Of a stretch of 64,000 nucleotides of DNA, positions 56,933-64,000 are shown in pieces (the stretch's first letter is position 1; every line of letters starts with the position of its first letter). The translations under genes were made by a program, and so were the position numbers. Origin of the DNA: Chrysomallon squamiferum (Eukaryota > Animalia > Mollusca). The notes under the pieces were generated by a model. The model was not told the DNA's origin. It saw nothing but the letters and a program-made list of their open reading frames with translations, and searched no databases. Location: contig CM022678.1 of assembly GCA_012295275.1 (NCBI GenBank), positions 15,748,001 through 15,812,000 of the forward strand, written 5' to 3'.

Positions 56933-58307
56933 AAAGTGGCTGTAATGGTAGCTGCAGCATTGAATAAATAAATAAGTAAATATATAAATGAATATTTATG
57001 ACCAGTAGTAGTAGTAGCGGCAGCAGTAGTATTAATATGTTTAAATTTCATTTTATCAATGTGTATTTCAGTCTTTAATCACAGATCTAACATTTAATTA
57101 ATTTTGTACAAATACAACAGCATTATACATTTTACTAATTTAATACCGAAAAGCGACTTCATCCATTTATTTAACTTTTGAAATAAAACTTAAAATTTAT
57201 CATATTAATATCCGTTTGAATCATACATGTAACTTTACTAAATTTACTGTTAAAATGACACTGTAACCTCACGTTTTAATTTTAAAATAGAATCGTTACG
57301 TTATCATATTAATTTGCATTCAAAACAGACTCGTGATTTCTCTACCTTAATGGACCCTTAAAATAAACCCGTGACGTCACATTATTAATTTGCACTTAAT
57401 CACACTTGTGACATCACACGGTAACAATATTCTGCTAGTGGATATTAATAGATCGATTATTATTTTACACTCTGTATTAAGTTAAGAGCGATTTCTGATA
57501 ATGGAACCCAGTAACTATAATGAAATTTTTTTCGCACATTCTCGCAAACCTAAGTTAATTTCAAATTTCTCTGACTGCTGGAGTGTGTGCGTTTGACACA
57601 CTTGGAAGACAATTAAAGGTGTGAACTCGTATATGTAAATTATCTTTTAGAGACAATATAACGCCGCGGTTCATTGAATAGATTAGATAGCTTTAAGGTA
57701 AACCTATACCATAACAAATAGATGCGGTGCTATCTTTTTGTATTTATTTATGTGTTAAAAGTTTAAATGCAGATATTTTTTTTTTTTTTTTTTTTTTTTT
57801 TAACGATATAGATAGAACCGATTGATTAATGTTTCAACTTCAAGTAAAACGTTTTTTTTTTTTTGTTTTTTTTTTTGTTTTTAATATGTTTTCGAAGGAA
57901 AAACGGTTTTTCTGCAACCTAGCCTGTGAAGAAAACAACACGTGACTTGTTTAGAAACTGCACAGTCTAACCCAGAGAACACTGTTTTTCTTTTTTAATT
58001 TTAATTTTAATTTTAATTTTTAGATATATGATGTTGAAATTACTAACGTATATGGAATTATTAAAGTTGTTTATTCGTACACAGTTACGACTCACATAAT
58101 CAAAACTTTAGATAGTATCAAAAATAGCAACAACAATAATATAATAATAATACAACAATAATAACAATAATGAAAGTACTACTACTACTAATAATAATAA
58201 TATTAATAACATTAATCACAGGAAATAACATTAAACAACAACAATAATAGTAACAGTAACAATAACATAATAATAATAGTAATAATAGTAATAATAGTAA
58301 TAATAGC

Positions 58308-58344
<37 letters not shown>

Positions 58345-59079
58345 TAAAAAATAAAAACAAACGAAATAAAAGAATCTATACACTGAGTAAAATATTACAA
58401 AGCTTACTTACTGTACCTTACAATACCGAGAATTTCTTTTCAAACACAGATTTGAAACTTTTTTTTTAACCAAATGACGTAAAAGAACGTCCTTGTTACT
58501 GTGTCAGGTTTAACTATTTATTTTCAAAAACATTATCTTGTAGGATTCTAGCTCCCTGTAACAGATGCACGAATCGTAAGCTTCTAACCCTCCCAAGATC
58601 CGCCATCACAGCTCGCCCGTTTCAATTCACTGAATAAAGAAATTATTTTAGAATAAAGAAGATCTGTGAGGGGTAATTTTAATTGGCGAAGTATTCTGAG
58701 ATATCACTAAATACAGAAGAACACCCACTTCTACTCATTTATTCTCTTTCTTCTTTTTTTTATGTCTTATTTTTATTTCTTCATCTGTTTCTTCTTCTTA
58801 TTATTATTATTTTTATTTATTTATTGTTTATTGTTTATTTGTTTATTTATTATATATATTTTTAATACAGAATCTTAGTCTAGCAATAACCGACTCTTTT
58901 ATTTAACTTTTGATTCACACTTTCAGATTTTTGAAATATTTTAAATCGAAAGCAGTATCATAGATTTTTGTAAAGATCTATTTGTCAATCTGAATAGTAA
59001 CAGTTGTCTCCCTTATTCTTTTCAACCATTAGATTAAATATTTAATGAATATATATTTATTCTTTCTTTTTTTATTATA

Positions 59080-59118
<39 letters not shown>

Positions 59119-59233
59119 GTATGTATGTGTAGATATATTATAAAAACAATTACACGCACGCACACCCACACGCATACAAACCAATACATACATAATACAT
59201 ATAGCTTACACAAACATAGATACACACATGAAC

Positions 59234-59327
<94 letters not shown>

Positions 59328-59635
59328 GAACGAGGGAAACATCACATATATTTATATACACAAACACAAATCAAGAACTCAACGTTTAGGAAAAACAACA
59401 AATTAAACTACTAATTACCAATTTTAATTTCATTGTTAGTAACACAAACATTCAGTAGATTTATGTGTGTACATGCTCGTGTGTTTATCATATATTTATG
59501 GTGCATACGTGTGTGCGTGTGTCTCTATAATATGTGCGTGTGTAGTAGGTTGCATATATTGGTATGCGCGCACGTGGTTTGCATTTTGTATGTGATAAAT
59601 CTTTCATTTGTGACAACAACAAAAAAATTATAATT

Positions 59636-59641
59636 TTTATT
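59636..59641 (-). terminator. Chitinase polyA signal candidate
   Basis: AATAAA on minus about 90 nt after the stop codon. Confidence 0.45.
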
Positions 59642-59729
59642 ACATTTATAAAACTAACAAAATAAAGACACCTAATCAAACTGTCTGTACTGAAAGTCAC
59701 GTGACTATTTTGTCCAACGGTCTTTTCGT

Positions 59730-59938
59730 TTAGTTCCACCACTGGCATGATCTCATCCACATGCAGCTGTTCTTTCTGGCGTCGAAACCTGTGTTTACCG
59801 GACACGTCAGTTTATAGGACGCGAGCTGGTTTCCCCAGGTGACACAGAGGTAGAAGTTCCTGCAGCTGCTGGGATCTCTGTGTAAACCGGGACCCAAGCG
59901 TTTGCAGTCTTGTCCGCTCTTTACAGGTTTGTTTATTA
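59730..59938 (-). CDS. Chitinase terminal exon, CBM14/peritrophin-A chitin-binding domain
   Basis: Not in the ORF track. Reads INKPVKSGQDCKRLGPGLHRDPSSCRNFYLCVTWGNQLASYKLTCPVNTGFDARKNSCMWMRSCQWWN*, with six Cys in CBM14 spacing. Acceptor TTTTAAACAG, phase 1. Confidence 0.9.
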
Positions 59939-59975
59939 CTGTTTAAAATATTGTATATAGGAAAAAACGAATGTG

Positions 59976-60012
<37 letters not shown>

Positions 60013-60095
60013 TGAGAGAGCCAGAAGCGGACCCACAGACAGAAACAAAGAAAGAAAGATAAAGAGACAGGCAGACACACATGTAGATAGATAGC

Positions 60096-60229
<134 letters not shown>

Positions 60230-60361
60230 AACTAGAAGCAGACACACAGATAGAAAGAAAGAAAGACAGACATACCCACAGACAGGTTGATAAATAGTCA
60301 GAGAGACAGATGGATAGGTAGGTATATAGAAAGAGAATGAATGATAACGCAGTGTTTGTGT

Positions 60362-60484
<123 letters not shown>

Positions 60485-60516
60485 ACAGTGTATGAAATAA
60501 CTGTGTTTTCAGATAC

Positions 60517-60705
60517 CTGTTGAAACAACCGCCTCGTTTTTCTGGGGCGTGGTCGTTTACTGACAGTCGCCGTACTTCTTATGATTCTGTTGATTTCCTT
60601 CAACAGGGGGTACTTCCCCTGACCACACCCTCGTCCTGTGAAGTCATCCATCTCCACCGACCAGATAAAAGCACCGCCAAGTTTCTTCTCGTTCAGATAT
60701 CTTGC
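60517..60705 (-). CDS. GH18 chitinase exon, end of barrel plus linker (ARYLNEKKLGGAFIWSVEMDDFTGRGCGQGKYPLL...)
   Basis: LGGA..WS..MDDF.G..C..G.YPLL motif; TAG acceptor; CAG|GTATCT donor. Confidence 0.93.
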
Positions 60706-60795
60706 CTAAAGTAAGGAAATAAGTAAGCAAGTAAATGATTACGCATATACATACGCACACATAGAGCTATTATAAACTGAATCTGCAAGTTTTAC

Positions 60796-60918
60796 CTTGT
60801 GACCAATACTTTCTACATCATCGTATCCAACCCACTGATCCCCACCGTAGGAGTAGGGGGCGAACTGCTCGGGTATCCACACCCGTTTCCAGTTATTCTT
60901 CCTCTGAAACTGGCATAT
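60796..60918 (-). CDS. GH18 chitinase exon (ICQFQRKNNWKRVW...PYSYGGDQWVGYDDVESIGHK)
   Basis: 123 nt, phase 0/0, AG/GT bounded; QWVGYDD motif. Confidence 0.95.
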
Positions 60919-61344
60919 CTAAAAATGATAACGATGTATGAGTAATAGTAATCAATAATTTACGCATTAATTTCGATATCTATATCTATATTTATGTATG
61001 GATGTATGTATGTTGTGTGTGTATATATATATATATTTATTTATGTATTTGCTTTATAAATTATATACCTTATGTTTCTATGAAAAAAAAAAAGATAATA
61101 TATATATATTCATGAGTTTAAGCGGACATTAACCTTGATATGTAATCACAATTATGACGTCATAATTGGCGTACCCAGGATTTTGATGAATGTTCTCAAA
61201 CCGTTCTTGGATTAATATAATTTCATTATTATCCAACAGAGGTAAATATTATATTATTATTGTTGCTGTTGTTGTTGTTATTATTGTTACAACAATTTTA
61301 CAATAGTATTTATGATACTAATTTATAATAAAATAAATGTTCAC

Positions 61345-61530
61345 CTCATAATAAGCAAGCACGCCAGGTTCTGTGGTGTATGGTCCACGACGTCCTCCTC
61401 CGGTGGCGTTGTCGCCGATGTTGTGCTTCCATCTGTTGAGCAGTGTGTAACTCATGCCGTAGGTAGCTATACCCATGATGAAGCGGCTGGGGTGGATGCC
61501 GGCATCCAACCAGAAATGGACTGTCCAGTT
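61345..61530 (-). CDS. GH18 chitinase exon (NWTVHFWLDAG...MGIATYGMSYTL...GPYTTEPGVLAYYE)
   Basis: 186 nt, phase 0/0, AG/GT bounded; chitinase insertion-domain motif GPYT.E.G.LAYYE. Confidence 0.95.
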
Positions 61531-61630
61531 CTGTCATTTTATTTTTTATATATATATATATAAACACCAAGACATTAATACAGTTTCACGTAAACAGATA
61601 ATGTTATATGTTGGCGTTTAGTGTGTGTGT

Positions 61631-61783
<153 letters not shown>

Positions 61784-62065
61784 TCGGCATGTTGTTGGCT
61801 GTGATTGTGTGTGTGTGTGGGTGTGTGTGGGTGGGTGTGGATGTGAATTTGCAAGTGACTCTAAAATGTGTGTTTATGTATATGTCCATGCAATTTAAAT
61901 TACAAAGGAATTTACAGATAAAAGATCCTTGATGCCAATCGGTAAAAGTGGATGATAATTTGACAATAGCCAAGTTTTCTTGTAATTTTCGGGACCATGC
62001 AAAATGATTATTTCTTGAAATAAATATATAAATAAATAAATAAATATATAAAGTTATGCATGTAC

Positions 62066-62189
62066 CTGATTTAATTCCTGCCTCCATCCTTTGTCAATGT
62101 GGTTCTTGTAGATGCCGCTGTGGTGGCCCACGTTCTTTTCCCATTGGCCGTGGTAGTTGTATGTCATCACCAGAAGATAGTCAACATGC
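62066..62189 (-). CDS. GH18 chitinase exon (HVDYLLVMTYNYHGQWEKNVGHHSGIY...ELNQ)
   Basis: CAG acceptor and GTAC donor; 124 nt; matches the GH18 'VD..MTYD.HG.W...GH' motif. Confidence 0.93.
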
Positions 62190-62226
62190 CTGACGTAGTT
62201 TTAAAATTTATTATTATTATTATTAA

Positions 62227-62277
<51 letters not shown>

Positions 62278-62734
62278 TAAAATTAGAATTATTATTATTG
62301 TTATTGGAATATAATTATTATTATTATTATTATTATATAAACTTTAGAATAATTACCTGAGACAAAAAACGAGAAATGGCGTTTAATCATTCTGTGTTTA
62401 ATATAACAGTTCAAACTAGAAAACTATGATATTATTATTCTTTTTAGAATATTACCTGAGACAAAATGAACGAGTACACTGGCTTTAAATATATAATCAT
62501 TCAATGTTTATTTTTAAAAGTTAAAATTACGTGTGTGTGAAGTCGAGGTGTGTGAAATATGCGTGTGTGTGTGTACACACACACACACACATCACATATA
62601 CATGTATATATATATATATTTATATATATATATATACAGTCGATGAGAACTAATACAAAATTTTTACACAAAAAATTAAAATAATTAAAGAAGAATGTGA
62701 AGAAATTATCAAAAATATATATGTATATATTTAT

Positions 62735-63582
<848 letters not shown>

Positions 63583-63692
63583 AGCCACAGTGAGAATTTA
63601 GTTTCTCTTTATCCTGTTGGCTCGTATCCAGCCTCTTCTTGCCTGCTTCTTTGAACTTTTCCCGATCTTCTTGAATTTGTCTTGAATTTATT

Positions 63693-64000
63693 GTTACATA
63701 TATACATATGTCTATTAGAATTTGCTTTTACATATATACATATGTCTATTAGAATTTGCGTTTACATATATATATATATACATATGTCTATTAGAATTTG
63801 TCGTTTACATATATATATACATGTCTATTAGAATTTTTTTTTTACACATGTCTATTAGAATTTGCTTTTACATGTACATATGTCTATTAGAATTTGCTTT
63901 TACATATATACATATGTCTATTAGAATTTGTTGTTACATATATATATATATGTCTATTAGAATTTGCTTTTATATATATACATATGTCTATTAGAATTTG
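63693..64000. repeat. ~35-bp minisatellite (TACATATATACATATGTCTATTAGAATTTGCTTT), runs off the window end
   Basis: About eight copies with a constant ATGTCTATTAGAATTT core and variable (TA)n. Confidence 0.93.

Overview
AT-rich, microsatellite-dense eukaryotic genomic DNA with spliced genes. The histone H1 sequence and gene style look molluscan/lophotrochozoan, but the species cannot be called. Most ORFs in the supplied track are simple-repeat artefacts. Real genes found by reading splice sites: (1) Two near-identical, intronless H1 genes lacking a 3' stem-loop, in divergent orientation (16271-16861 minus, 30241-30831 plus). They are the core of a ~2.6 kb inverted duplication whose identity is layered. 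(2) A three-coding-exon MFSD4-like MFS transporter on plus (26732-26800, 35186-35471, 36030-36994; 439 aa). The second H1 gene sits in sense orientation inside its intron, and its first splice donor has been amplified into a 46-bp minisatellite. (3) A 187-aa ankyrin-repeat gene on minus (38343-38906) with probable non-coding 5' exons up to ~56 kb. (4) The 3' half of a GH18 chitinase with a C-terminal CBM14 on minus (59730 to ~63690). It has paired D->N and R->M substitutions in the substrate-binding site, a probable 1-nt frameshift in the linker, and one exon scrambled among CA repeats, probably an assembly artefact. No rRNA, tRNA, CRISPR array or autonomous transposon ORF was recognised. All alignments and counts were done by eye.
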